Origin: an uncultured delta proteobacterium
GTDB taxonomy: Bacteria; Desulfobacterota; Desulfobacteria; Desulfobacterales; SG8-13
NCBI GenBank assembly: GCA_963848135.1
Contig: CAWKCK010000017.1
Coordinates: forward strand, 898,538-962,537
Direction: 5' to 3'
Length of the DNA: 64,000 bases
Shown here: in pieces, positions 9,753 to 19,580 of the stretch
Layout of the letters: each line of letters opens with the position of its first letter
Position numbering within the stretch: position 1 is the stretch's first letter
The notes under the pieces: generated by a model
The model's database searches: none
Told to the model about the DNA's origin: nothing
What the model saw: only the letters and a program-made list of their open reading frames with translations
Translations under genes and position numbers: made by a program

Positions 9753-9849
9753 AACGTCAGATTTCCCTTCGTTTCGCTCAGTATCTCGCCGATAATTTTA
9801 TTCTTCCTTAACCCGCGATTTTGAAAATTTTATCCCTAGTCCGGGATTC

Positions 9850-9885
9850 AAAAAACAACAAGCGGGCGTTTTGCCCGCTTGTTGT
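9850..9885 (-). terminator. Rho-independent terminator of the AICAR transformylase gene
   Basis: Perfect 13-bp stem ACAACAAGCGGGC / GCCCGCTTGTTGT with a 5-nt loop. On the reverse strand it is followed by TTTTTTG. Confidence 0.7.
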
Positions 9886-9941
9886 CATCCGCTTCAACTT
9901 TAGACACCAAAGATGCCCCTCGTCCAGGTGTCGGAGCCTTA

Positions 9942-11192
9942 TCAATGTTTGAATGAACGCTGGCCGGTGAAGACCATCGTTGCCTCTACTTCGTTGCATG
10001 CCTCGATGGACTGGTAATCATTGGTCGAACCGCCCGGTTGAATCACCGCCGACACGCCTTCACGCAATCCGACGTCGATCCCATCCCGGAAGGGGAAGAA
10101 AGCGTCACTGACCATCGCGGCCCCGATCAAGCCGCCCTTCACCTGGGCCACCCGGTAATCAATCTCGGCTTTTTTGTCTTTGTCTTTCATGTCGTTATAC
10201 GGTTTCCCATGGGTTTCGAAACAGTAGCGGTCTGCCAGCTTGCGGTAGGCCTTATCCCGGGCGATCTCGGCCACACCGACCCGATCCTGCTCGCCGGTGC
10301 CGATGCCCACCGTAACTTGGTCCTTGACGTAGATGACGGAGTTGGATGTAATCCCCGATTCGACCAACCAGCCGAAGAGAAGGTCTTCGCATTCTTTATT
10401 CGACGGTTTCCGATTCACCCGATAGGTTTTGCCTTTGTAGTCGCACTGCGCCAATTGAAGTTTGTCTTTGGTACGGCTCATCGGCACGAAAGACCACTGG
10501 GCAATGATGCCGCCATCGATCAGGGATTTGAATTCCACCACGCGCTGGCCGACGAATGTGTTCAGGCGCTCGATGTTACCGATCCGGATGATCCTCAGAC
10601 TTTTCTTGCGGGCAAAAATATCCATCACCCCGTCTTCGAAATCCGGTGCCACCACGACCTCGGCGTACTGCTGGTTGATGGCTTCGGCCGTCGCGCGATC
10701 GACCGCGCGGTTTAACGCGATACATCCGCCGAAAGCGGCGACCCGGTCAGCCATGTTTGCCTTGAGGTAAGCGTCTTCCAGCACATCGGACCTGGCCACA
10801 CCGCAGGGGTTGTTGTGCTTGACGATCACCACGGTCGGTTTGTCCATGAAATACCGTAAAATGTTCAGGGAATTGTCCGCATCGGTCAGGTTCGTCTTCC
10901 CCGGATGTTTCCCGGACTGAAGAAGCGCGATATCGGAAGCCAGATATTGCCCCGGCTGAATCGATTCGGCCTCACCCAGGACCAGGTTGCCGTTGACCAT
11001 CTTATAAAGGGCGGCTTCCTGACCGGGATTTTCCCCATAACGCAGCCCCTTTTGGACATCGTCAATGGCCCAGAGCACCTTTTCGTAAAAAAGCGTCTGC
11101 CGCTTGCTGCCTTCAATAAAACTGACCTCCATTTGGGAAGGGAAATGGTCATCGACAATGGTACGGTACATTTTCTTGAGATCTTCGGCCAT
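9942..11192 (-). CDS. purH: AICAR formyltransferase, equivalent to the C-terminal domain of PurH, encoded as a separate gene
   Basis: 416 aa with motifs VKHNNPCGVA and VIQPGGSTND. The MGS-like IMP cyclohydrolase domain is absent. Confidence 0.85.
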   Translation of the reverse strand: MAEDLKKMYRTIVDDHFPSQMEVSFIEGSKRQTLFYEKVLWAIDDVQKGLRYGENPGQEAALYKMVNGNLVLGEAESIQPGQYLASDIALLQSGKHPGKTNLTDADNSLNILRYFMDKPTVVIVKHNNPCGVARSDVLEDAYLKANMADRVAAFGGCIALNRAVDRATAEAINQQYAEVVVAPDFEDGVMDIFARKKSLRIIRIGNIERLNTFVGQRVVEFKSLIDGGIIAQWSFVPMSRTKDKLQLAQCDYKGKTYRVNRKPSNKECEDLLFGWLVESGITSNSVIYVKDQVTVGIGTGEQDRVGVAEIARDKAYRKLADRYCFETHGKPYNDMKDKDKKAEIDYRVAQVKGGLIGAAMVSDAFFPFRDGIDVGLREGVSAVIQPGGSTNDYQSIEACNEVEATMVFTGQRSFKH

Positions 11193-11423
11193 GGCTGTCT
11201 CCTTTATCGGTTTGTATAGGGCGTCAGGGCCCCTCGATTGGCTTAACAGGCTGTTGAAAAACTATTGCGCTTGACAATACGGCGTTAATGGCTGAACCGC
11301 GGGGCCCTACCCCCGCTTCAGCGAAAATGCTCATTTAACACACATAAACTCCGCTTTTTCGTCCGATTTTGCCTTGTCTTGCCGGCGCTCATGACGTTAT
11401 TAAAAACCCTGTTAAATCTCGAA

Positions 11424-12101
11424 TCACTTGGCGTAACAACCGGCAACGTGCTCGACGGTCTGATCGGCCAGATAGTCCGCTATGGTACGGTCATAAACTG
11501 CCGTGTGTTCAAACGCTTTGCCGGCGAGCTGATACCGGAGGTCAAGGGTGAGTTTTCCACCGGTGGCCTTCAGTTCGGAAACGATCCGGCCGTAGTCAAC
11601 CGGATCGACCACGGAGGCGACCCGGATGAAATTCTTGGCTGCAGCCCGGATCATGCAGGGACCGCCAATGTCAATGTTTCCACGGGCCTGTTCAACGGTC
11701 ACGCCGGCGCGGACGATTGTCTCTTTGAAAGGGTAAAGGTTGACGACAACCATATCGATGGGAACACTATCCGTCCGTTTGAGGTCGGACTGGTGAGAGT
11801 CGTTATAGGTTTCCGTCAAAAGACCGAGGTATATTTTAAAATCAAGGGTCTTCACCAGTCCTCCCTGAGTCTCGGGCTGTCCGGTATAATCAGAAACCTG
11901 GGTCAGGCAGATGCCGGCTTTCTCACCCAGAATTTCCTTTAGCCGGTTATAGGTGCCCCCGGTAGAAAAAAACTTTATCTCCGGGTTGATATCTAACAAC
12001 TGCGGCACGAATGCGTCCAAACCATTCTTGTCCGACACACTGACCAATACATGTTTCACGGTGACATCCGCGTCGATTTTCTCAACCACATTGATGCTCA
12101 T
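11424..12101 (-). CDS. purH: IMP cyclohydrolase, equivalent to the N-terminal MGS-like domain of PurH, encoded as a separate gene
   Basis: Motifs VLVSVSDKNG, STGGT and IDIGGPCMIRAAAKNF. The ORF opens at 12143. The ATG at 12101 (MSINVV...) has a GGAAAGGGG SD and avoids overlap with the upstream stop. Confidence 0.8.
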   Translation of the reverse strand: MSINVVEKIDADVTVKHVLVSVSDKNGLDAFVPQLLDINPEIKFFSTGGTYNRLKEILGEKAGICLTQVSDYTGQPETQGGLVKTLDFKIYLGLLTETYNDSHQSDLKRTDSVPIDMVVVNLYPFKETIVRAGVTVEQARGNIDIGGPCMIRAAAKNFIRVASVVDPVDYGRIVSELKATGGKLTLDLRYQLAGKAFEHTAVYDRTIADYLADQTVEHVAGCYAK

Positions 12102-12105
12102 AAAA

Positions 12106-12825
12106 CTACCCCTTTCCGTCGTATTCTTGTAGAAAACGTTCAAAGAATTCTTCCATGAATTGATGCCGTTGTTCTGCCAGCTTCCTGCCGGTAGCTGTGA
12201 GCATGCGATCTTTTATCCGGCAGAGTTTGACCCGATACTCCCGGTATCCTGTGTCATCCGTTGTGTACGGCAGGGTCTCCTCAATCCGCGCATCAGGATT
12301 GTGAAGGCGGGCACCGACTTCACCAGCAAATAGAAATGCCCTGGCCACCCCCACCGCACCAATCGCATCCAGTTTGTCAGCATCGAACAAGACCCTGGCC
12401 TCGACCGTATCGGGCACACTTTCCCCCCGGAAGCGGTGTGTGGCGATACAGTGCAGGATATTTTGCTTCTGATCATCTGAAAACGGTAATTTTGCCACTA
12501 TCGGCATGGCCATCCGGGCGCCCTGCCGGGCATGACACAAGTTGCCGTTGGCGTCATCCTGATCCGACCGGCCGATATCGTGCAGCAGGGCGGAAACGCG
12601 AACCACTTGCGGGTCCGCCAATTCAGCAGCGGCGATCCGCTCACAAAGCCGCAAAACTCTCAAGGTATGGTCCCAATCGTGACTGCCACGGCAACGCGCA
12701 AAAAAACCAGCGGCAATTTCTTTGACTTCGGTAACGAGACCTTCGTCAAAGCTGTTGCCTTCAGCAGGGATATCGCGACCGTCAATTCGGCCGTTTGTGG
12801 ATCGAGTGACTTTTGATTTAAACAT
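12106..12825 (-). CDS. HD-domain metal-dependent phosphohydrolase
   Basis: 239 aa with the HD signature HDWDHTLRV...LLHDIGR...DADKLD. Confidence 0.75.
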   Translation of the reverse strand: MFKSKVTRSTNGRIDGRDIPAEGNSFDEGLVTEVKEIAAGFFARCRGSHDWDHTLRVLRLCERIAAAELADPQVVRVSALLHDIGRSDQDDANGNLCHARQGARMAMPIVAKLPFSDDQKQNILHCIATHRFRGESVPDTVEARVLFDADKLDAIGAVGVARAFLFAGEVGARLHNPDARIEETLPYTTDDTGYREYRVKLCRIKDRMLTATGRKLAEQRHQFMEEFFERFLQEYDGKG

Positions 12826-12863
12826 GAATTCAGGTTGTGCCGTTCATTATGCGAATCGTCATC

Positions 12864-13319
12864 TTAGCGTGATGATTTACCGGTCAAGGCGTCGATATCG
12901 ACCTTAATGATAGCTATTCTCCTGATCGCTGCATCGGTGTAGTCAAACTTACCGTCGGTATATTGCGCCATGATGACATCCAGGGCGTCGCGTTTGGCTT
13001 GTGGATTTTCGATGAATGTGGCTGTTCCGAATCCGATAACGCTGCTGTAGCGCATACTGAATTCGCAGGCGTTTCCACCGCTGCGAACAGCGCAGTCACC
13101 CTCGAATTCAAAACATATCCGGGGGTTGTTTTGGAGAATGTCCAGTTTCTTACCGCGAATCGCGGAATGAAAATAGAGGGTATTGTTTCTGAAACCGAAA
13201 CAGAGCGGCACGATGTACGGTCCGTTTTCGTCGGCCATGGCCAGCCGGCAGACGAGCGCCTTTGCGATGATGGCCTCGATTTCCGCCCGGTCCGTTATTT
13301 CTTTCTCTTTTCTGCGCAT
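12864..13319 (-). CDS. Pyridoxamine 5'-phosphate oxidase-family FMN-binding protein (NimA-like)
   Basis: 151 aa. The N-terminus MRRKEKEITDRAEIEAII...CRLAM...PYIVPLCFGF...LYFHSA..GKK is typical of the family. Confidence 0.75.
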   Translation of the reverse strand: MRRKEKEITDRAEIEAIIAKALVCRLAMADENGPYIVPLCFGFRNNTLYFHSAIRGKKLDILQNNPRICFEFEGDCAVRSGGNACEFSMRYSSVIGFGTATFIENPQAKRDALDVIMAQYTDGKFDYTDAAIRRIAIIKVDIDALTGKSSR

Positions 13320-13722
13320 GCCGTGTCTTTCCTTCTGTTACCAAGCTGACGCTGTCGTTTACCGACACCCCTGTCGATCCTGAAAATGCAAGGTCTTCTG
13401 AATCAAGATCTTATCTAATGCCACGGGGTGGATTAATCAACCGATTTTTCGTTTAGGATCGAAACGGTGAGGATTTGGATCGGCAAACGATCCGGATTAA
13501 CAACCAGCTTTATGGGACGGGGGAAGAGGTTCGATTGGAAACGATGAATAATAGTATCGGTTCACAGGGTTGCAACGTCTAATGTACTTCAGGCCACAGA
13601 ATTGTAAGCGTTTACAGGGTGCTGCAGATGCAAGGCGTCGGGCGCGCAGACGTACTTTTGTACTTCAAGTGCCCGATAACAATGCAGATGCGGTGCCCTG
13701 TGAATGCTTACGAATAACCTTT

Positions 13723-15093
13723 TCACGGCTGAAGCATGAAGGTCTCGTATTCAAGTTTATTCAATTTACCGTGGAGATGGACAATGCCGACAAGACTGGA
13801 CAATGTCGTGGCTACCGCAAAACCGAATCCGAAATAATGGGGTCCCAAACGAATACTCGTTAAGGTTGCCATGATGTTGACCAACAGGAAAAGTCCGGTC
13901 AGCATCATTGCCGAGCGGCGTAAATCCAGATAGAAGGCCACATTTAAAACAGCCAAAAGTAGAACCTGAACACCGATGCCGACCAGATCCACACGAAACA
14001 GATGACTGTATAGGTTTGATATGCCGATCGCATCCAGCAATCGCTCTGTCGCCAGAAACAGCAGAACCACCGTTATTCCCTGTACCTTGAAAATCTCGTA
14101 TATCCCCTGCTTGACGTTGAGAACCATGTCGTCTTTGTGCAGACGGATGTGGTCGAGCGTATCTCCCTGACGAACAGCCGAATAGAATTTATCGTAGCTT
14201 TCGACAAAGTCTGTCTCCATGCGTACCAGGAAAACCGACATACCGGGAATAATCGACAAATAAGCGAGAAAAATCGGCAAATCGTATATTATGGATGCGC
14301 GCAGGGGACCGATGATCGGTTGGGAGGTTTCAGGCGTCCACCAGAATATGAATTTATCCGCCCAAATGGCCAGATTAAACATCAGTCCCGTTGCCGCTAA
14401 AGAATAATAGGATCGGCGAGGGCTTAAGAATTCAAAAGCAAGCAAATTCTCGCCCGGGTACTGGCTAATAACCAGATAGATCATGGCAAAGAGAAGTACG
14501 GACTGGCCTATCAAAAACCCGCCCAACAATCCTTCCATTCCCAGAGATCGCAGCAATAGCGACGCAATGAAAGCCGTACCATATCCGCCTGTAAAAACGA
14601 GTAGAATAGCATGGTAGGATTTCATTCCCGACAGAAATATCACAACCACCCAAATATTGGATAGGGTGACAAATGAAGCGATCATGATCAATTCATACAG
14701 AAATGTTTCCTGAAAAATGGTTAGGCTCAACGCCACGCCCATTAATCCTGAAACCAGTGTGGTAAGCAATAGGGCGCCGAGAAGGTTGGGCAATACAACC
14801 TTATCCCGCTTTTCGAACAGACGGTCCGATATAAAACGGGTGAATAATAGTTGTAAGGGGCTCGTGACTATCAGTGAAGCGGCCATCAAATGGGTGACCG
14901 ATACCAGGTACTGAACGATCAAAGTCTGTGGTAGTACGCGACCAATGCTCAACACGCCGATCAGCATCACGCAAAGGATCGAGAGCACCCAGGGCCCTGA
15001 ACTGATAACACCGGCATAACTGTAAGCGCGGATGATACCAAAAAGGGATTCCTTCTTGAGCAACTTGCGCAGTTCAAACCCGATACCAGCCAT
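13723..15093 (-). CDS. pelG: PelG, polytopic inner-membrane Pel polysaccharide export protein
   Basis: 456 aa, about 12 predicted hydrophobic spans, last gene of a seven-gene cluster with pel order. It overlaps the pelF stop by 1 nt. Confidence 0.8.
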   Translation of the reverse strand: MAGIGFELRKLLKKESLFGIIRAYSYAGVISSGPWVLSILCVMLIGVLSIGRVLPQTLIVQYLVSVTHLMAASLIVTSPLQLLFTRFISDRLFEKRDKVVLPNLLGALLLTTLVSGLMGVALSLTIFQETFLYELIMIASFVTLSNIWVVVIFLSGMKSYHAILLVFTGGYGTAFIASLLLRSLGMEGLLGGFLIGQSVLLFAMIYLVISQYPGENLLAFEFLSPRRSYYSLAATGLMFNLAIWADKFIFWWTPETSQPIIGPLRASIIYDLPIFLAYLSIIPGMSVFLVRMETDFVESYDKFYSAVRQGDTLDHIRLHKDDMVLNVKQGIYEIFKVQGITVVLLFLATERLLDAIGISNLYSHLFRVDLVGIGVQVLLLAVLNVAFYLDLRRSAMMLTGLFLLVNIMATLTSIRLGPHYFGFGFAVATTLSSLVGIVHLHGKLNKLEYETFMLQP

Positions 15094-16646
15094 CAGCCAT
15101 TCCTCTCCACCGCGTCAAACGCCGCCTGGTATATGCCGCCGTAATTCTCAAACATGTCTTTTTGAGTGTAATAAGCCTCCACCCTTTTGATGCCCGCTTG
15201 CTGAGCAGCATACCAGGTGGATTCGTTCTGTAGTAATGATAGGGCCGACTGAGCGGTTGCCTCAGGGCTGGCAATAGAAACCACAGCACCGGCTATCCCC
15301 AGCGCTTTGTCTTCCGGCCGCCCCCCTTCGATCAATTCTCGGCACGAACCGACGTCGGTCGCTACAGCCGGCACCCCGCTGGCAAAACCTTCAAGGATGA
15401 CCAACGGCAGCGCTTCACTGATGGAGGTCAGCACCAGTACCCCTACTTGACGAAAAATATCCTCAACTTTTTGAAAACCCAAAAACTTAACACCGTTCTG
15501 CAATTCAAGATTCTCCACCAAAGCCCGACATTCAGTGGCATAATCCTGATCCTCCTCTTCTGGCCCCACGATCCAGCCTTCGGCATTCGGCAGTGTGTTG
15601 CAGATCGTGCGCATCGCCCGAATGAATGTCTTAATATCTTTAATTGGAACCACGCGCCCGATGAGCGCCAGGATCGGTGGGACCCCTTTTTTACGGGAAG
15701 TGCGGACCGGTATGAAACGATCAAGATCGATGCCGTTGGGAATCACATGGGTGCGCCGCTTATCGGCACCATCCTGAACTTGTCTTGACCGGTTTCCTTC
15801 GTATAGAGAAATGATCGGGTTGGCCGCATCATAGGCCACTCTTCCAATGCCTTCAAAAAATCGAATCCACAACCGGCGGACGTAGCTCACGTCAGCATCG
15901 AGACTACTGCCGAAGGCTTCACGCGGATCCTCTATCCAGTCGGCCTGGGCAAGGTCGATCTTCCGTTCCTTGGTGTAGATGCCATGCTCGGTAAGTATGA
16001 AAGGAACGCCTCGCTTGTGTTTAAGCAATGTGGCCAGAAATCCTGCGTATCCTGTCGAGATACTGTGAACCACCTTCATCGGGGGTATATTGTCGGTCAT
16101 AGCCGCGAGGCGAAATACGGGTGTGTGCATAATCCGGACCGTCCAGAAATAATTCACAAACGACGGTTCGGTACAGAAATTCGAGTAGCTGTCTGTAATC
16201 TGAGTCCACGCTTCCTGGCTGTGCAAAAAGCTATCAAGTCCCATGTTTTTTGAGTCTCCCAATTCTTTGACCAATCTTTTCATCAGGAGATTCAGATCAA
16301 TGCCACGGGTTGATCGCAGGACCTCGTGCAGATCATTCACCGTTGTATAGGCGGCCGGATTACCCTTCATTCGATGGGGCTTGTCGCCCCGCTGCGGATC
16401 CATGAGATAATGAACTTCGAGATGAACCACGTTGGATGGCAGAGGATATTTCATATCGCCATAATGTTTTTGGGCGCCGCCCAGAAAAACCAGTGCGAAA
16501 GTAAATTGAGGAAATCCGTCAATGATTTGCCGGACCCAACTGGAAACCCCACCGCTGACAAAGGGGTATGTCCCTTCCAGCATCAGGCCGATATCGGCCG
16601 GTGCACCAGAATTGAGCACTTTTTGCCAACTTTCATTTATGTCCAT
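15093..16646 (-). CDS. pelF: PelF, GT4-family glycosyltransferase
   Basis: 517 aa with a GT-B/GT4 C-terminus (LTSISEALPLVILEGFASGVPAVATDVGSCRELIEG, EX7E-like). Its position between pelE and pelG fits. Confidence 0.9.
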   Translation of the reverse strand: MDINESWQKVLNSGAPADIGLMLEGTYPFVSGGVSSWVRQIIDGFPQFTFALVFLGGAQKHYGDMKYPLPSNVVHLEVHYLMDPQRGDKPHRMKGNPAAYTTVNDLHEVLRSTRGIDLNLLMKRLVKELGDSKNMGLDSFLHSQEAWTQITDSYSNFCTEPSFVNYFWTVRIMHTPVFRLAAMTDNIPPMKVVHSISTGYAGFLATLLKHKRGVPFILTEHGIYTKERKIDLAQADWIEDPREAFGSSLDADVSYVRRLWIRFFEGIGRVAYDAANPIISLYEGNRSRQVQDGADKRRTHVIPNGIDLDRFIPVRTSRKKGVPPILALIGRVVPIKDIKTFIRAMRTICNTLPNAEGWIVGPEEEDQDYATECRALVENLELQNGVKFLGFQKVEDIFRQVGVLVLTSISEALPLVILEGFASGVPAVATDVGSCRELIEGGRPEDKALGIAGAVVSIASPEATAQSALSLLQNESTWYAAQQAGIKRVEAYYTQKDMFENYGGIYQAAFDAVERNG

Positions 16647-16649
16647 TAT

Positions 16650-17663
16650 TCATGTCCAATACGCCGCGATCGCCGCCAGCCGTTCGCTTTTTCGAATCGA
16701 AGGCCCAAGCTGGCCAATGAAGGTGACGACCTGATTAAAATCTCGTTTTTCGAATGCAACCTCGGCCAGATAAGGCGCCACGCTCGTCTCCGGAATGCCC
16801 CATTCAACCGCTGTGGCAAAGGCATTGGCCGCTTCGTCCCACCGCCGCTGGTGCATGAGTAGCCGGCCGCGCTGAATGTGCAAACCCGGGTCACCGGCAC
16901 CGGTATCCAACGCCTGCTCGAGATGATGTAACGATCGATTTAGCACATGGCGCAAAACATCTCCTTGGGCAAGCCCGAGGTAGGCCAATTCCCAATAGCT
17001 GTTGCTGATGCGTTCATGCAAATCCTGGTATTGAGACGGCGCCTCGTTTTCAAGCCGGGTCAGCAAAGAGCGAATGGTGGCATTGATCTCCTCCTCCAAG
17101 GCGTCGAGCATGGAGTATGCCAATAAACGGACATCATCGGCTGGATCCCGCAGTGCTTCTTTGAGCACAGGAATGGCTTCCTGGGATGTCATTTGCCGGG
17201 TTGCCATCACTGCCTTGATTCTTCTTTCCGGATCTTGAACGTGTCGCAAAATACTTACCATACCCGCCTGTCCATAAATGGGTTGCTGCTGGACTTTGAG
17301 CGGTTTATACGGCAGTTCTGGCACCGGGACCTGCATGTATCCTTTATCCTGTAAGTGACGGACGCGATATATGGCCGGCCAAACCGATAAAAGCAGACCG
17401 ATCAGCCCTAGACCGGGTATGAAAAGGCAGATTAAGAAAAAGAAGAAAAAAGAAGAAAAGAGTGATTGCCGATAAGCGCGGGGAAGGATGCCGACCATAA
17501 ACGCAGCGCCAACAATACAGCCCGAACCGTGAAGCATTAGAAATGCTTTTTTCTGAAAGATCAGCGAATCAACGGAGAATAAGACATTCAAACCGGCGAT
17601 CTCAAGGCTGAGTGCTGTGAGGACAGCCAACGAAAGCCATATTTTCTTATGCCATTTAATCAT
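16650..17663 (-). CDS. pelE: PelE, inner-membrane TPR-like scaffold protein
   Basis: 337 aa with N-terminal hydrophobic helices followed by a helical repeat region. The call rests on synteny and size rather than a diagnostic motif. Confidence 0.7.
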   Translation of the reverse strand: MIKWHKKIWLSLAVLTALSLEIAGLNVLFSVDSLIFQKKAFLMLHGSGCIVGAAFMVGILPRAYRQSLFSSFFFFFLICLFIPGLGLIGLLLSVWPAIYRVRHLQDKGYMQVPVPELPYKPLKVQQQPIYGQAGMVSILRHVQDPERRIKAVMATRQMTSQEAIPVLKEALRDPADDVRLLAYSMLDALEEEINATIRSLLTRLENEAPSQYQDLHERISNSYWELAYLGLAQGDVLRHVLNRSLHHLEQALDTGAGDPGLHIQRGRLLMHQRRWDEAANAFATAVEWGIPETSVAPYLAEVAFEKRDFNQVVTFIGQLGPSIRKSERLAAIAAYWT

Positions 17664-18972
17664 TTAGACTCAAGAGAGTATCTATTTTGTGTTTGGCCAA
17701 TATTTCACGCGTCATGATGCGAAGACCGAGCTCTTCGATGGATTGGCCGAAACGTTCACGCAGAATTTGGGCGATTCGCTTCTCATAACCTTCATATTCC
17801 AAAGGTCCTGTCAGTGGCATCAACAGCAACAAAGATTTCCCGGAGCCATTTTCGCGCACCCAAATACAGTCGAGACCGCGCCGCTGTCTCAAAAGTAATG
17901 TCTCGATTTCATTGCCTTGATCTCCCAGCGGAATTGATATGCTCACATGCATGGCCGGAAGGCCAAACTGACGCCGATTGAGAATGGCACGCTGGGTTTC
18001 CCGAACGAATCGGGCGCCATCCGCATCGGTTCCGCTTTGGCTGGAAGCCAGCGACAACATATCGCCGATTTGGCCACCCAAAACCGCCAGCAAGCGCAAA
18101 TTCTCCTCCTGAAGTGACAGAAACAGCATGTCTTCTATAACCAGAACCCCATGGATCCTGTCATTGACATCGATCAGGGGCACTACCGCCAACGGGCTGT
18201 CCTCCATTGCCTCCTGGCGTTCGATAATATCGCGGACACTCACCAAACAGTCCTTTTGCAATGCAAGGGAAACCATTTCGTGATTGGGATCAATCTTTAG
18301 CTGGCCAAGGGTGGCCACCGGGTCAATTGCGACCTTGTTCGCCCTATTCACGCGATAGAGGGCCGCTATGCGAATCGAGACATAATCGGCAAAAAGCCTT
18401 AAGATCCTTCCCCCACTATCCTTGCCTAATGTTTCCTCGCTGGTTTGAAGCATAAGGCGTCGACGTAGTCCCATCAGGGCTTCTCTCAGGCTGACCGTGC
18501 CGGCTGCGAGGCGGTGTTCCATACGGTCGTGAGAAACCTTTAACAGGTGATAGCTGCGCGTAAATTCTTCCAGTCGCATGCGCTGGTAACTGTTGACAAT
18601 GCGTTGCCTGGCTTCCCTTTTCATCCACACATCGACAAATTCTCCCGCAAGCATCGCTGAGAAAAGTAACCCGATGCTGTATTTAACCGGAAAGGTTTCA
18701 ATGCCGAATTTTTGCCAATGTGCCGCCGCACCCAACAGACCAATGAGCAACATGGCGCTGGTGAATCCATAGACAAACCCATAGCGCAAGGCCGGTAAGA
18801 GACTGGCGAAGATCAGCCAGGGGAACTCCGACTGCACAAACAAGGGGTCCGTTGGATTCAACCAGTAGCCAATGGTCAGGAATGCCAACAGTATCGTCAG
18901 CGTTTCCCCCTCGGCGGTAAAGAACCGAGAGCGCTTGTCATTCTCGCGCGTATATTTATCGAATATCGCCAT
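17656..18972 (-). CDS. pelD: PelD, membrane c-di-GMP receptor (GAF plus degenerate GGDEF)
   Basis: 438 aa with N-terminal TM helices. An RxxD I-site (R365-G-L-D368) lies 4 residues before a degenerate RENGS where GG[DE]EF would sit. Synteny supports the call. Confidence 0.8.
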   Translation of the reverse strand: MAIFDKYTRENDKRSRFFTAEGETLTILLAFLTIGYWLNPTDPLFVQSEFPWLIFASLLPALRYGFVYGFTSAMLLIGLLGAAAHWQKFGIETFPVKYSIGLLFSAMLAGEFVDVWMKREARQRIVNSYQRMRLEEFTRSYHLLKVSHDRMEHRLAAGTVSLREALMGLRRRLMLQTSEETLGKDSGGRILRLFADYVSIRIAALYRVNRANKVAIDPVATLGQLKIDPNHEMVSLALQKDCLVSVRDIIERQEAMEDSPLAVVPLIDVNDRIHGVLVIEDMLFLSLQEENLRLLAVLGGQIGDMLSLASSQSGTDADGARFVRETQRAILNRRQFGLPAMHVSISIPLGDQGNEIETLLLRQRRGLDCIWVRENGSGKSLLLLMPLTGPLEYEGYEKRIAQILRERFGQSIEELGLRIMTREILAKHKIDTLLSLND

Positions 18973-18979
18973 TGATTGC

Positions 18980-19504
18980 CTAATGCAGTGTCAGCCCTTT
19001 GAGTAGCTGCATCACCAATTTCTCTGCCGTTCCGCTCACGTTTGAATACCCCCATCCCGTTTTGGCCCCGGAGGCTGTCCAGAGTACCTGGCCCGAAGGC
19101 AATGCGACCACCTGCAGCGTCAACCCCACGGCCGGCTCACCATCCAAACCGGTTTTATACCGCCATTCATGAACCGAGCCTGTCACACCGAAGCGGGCGT
19201 TGCCTTGGCCGGCCTGTTTCAGAGCGTGTTCATAGCGCTGGCGATCATCCAGCAACAGTCCCCCACCAGCCTGGGACGTCCCTGTCTGGCGTTGTAGATC
19301 ATCCACACCGCGGATGCGCAAGGCACTGTCGAGCATGGCCTCGATATTCTCTCCCGCCATAGGAACTTCAGCCAAATTGACCACTGGCAAAATCACCCAT
19401 GCGGCATCCTTTTCCAGCGGTTGACTTTCCTGCACTTGGTGTACCGTACAGGCCCCAAACCAGCCGGCAAGCATTGTCAATGCGATCCATTTGAATATTT
19501 TCAT
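18980..19504 (-). CDS. pelC: PelC, outer-membrane lipoprotein
   Basis: The ATG at 19504 is preceded by an AGGAGG SD. The product starts MKIFKWIALTMLAGWFGAC (lipobox FGAC). At 174 aa it fits PelC size. The ORF-track start at 19591 is probably too far upstream. Confidence 0.8.
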   Translation of the reverse strand: MKIFKWIALTMLAGWFGACTVHQVQESQPLEKDAAWVILPVVNLAEVPMAGENIEAMLDSALRIRGVDDLQRQTGTSQAGGGLLLDDRQRYEHALKQAGQGNARFGVTGSVHEWRYKTGLDGEPAVGLTLQVVALPSGQVLWTASGAKTGWGYSNVSGTAEKLVMQLLKGLTLH

Positions 19505-19580
19505 GGTTCCTCCTGCCTTGTAATGTCCTGAATCGTCCAAAATAACTTTGAGAAACATTCGTGTCCGTCCCGTCAACCTG

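Noticed and set aside
13570-13863. 97-aa plus-strand ORF overlapping the pelG 3' end
   Set aside because: It overlaps pelG antisense and has no SD. The product is Arg-rich low-complexity sequence.
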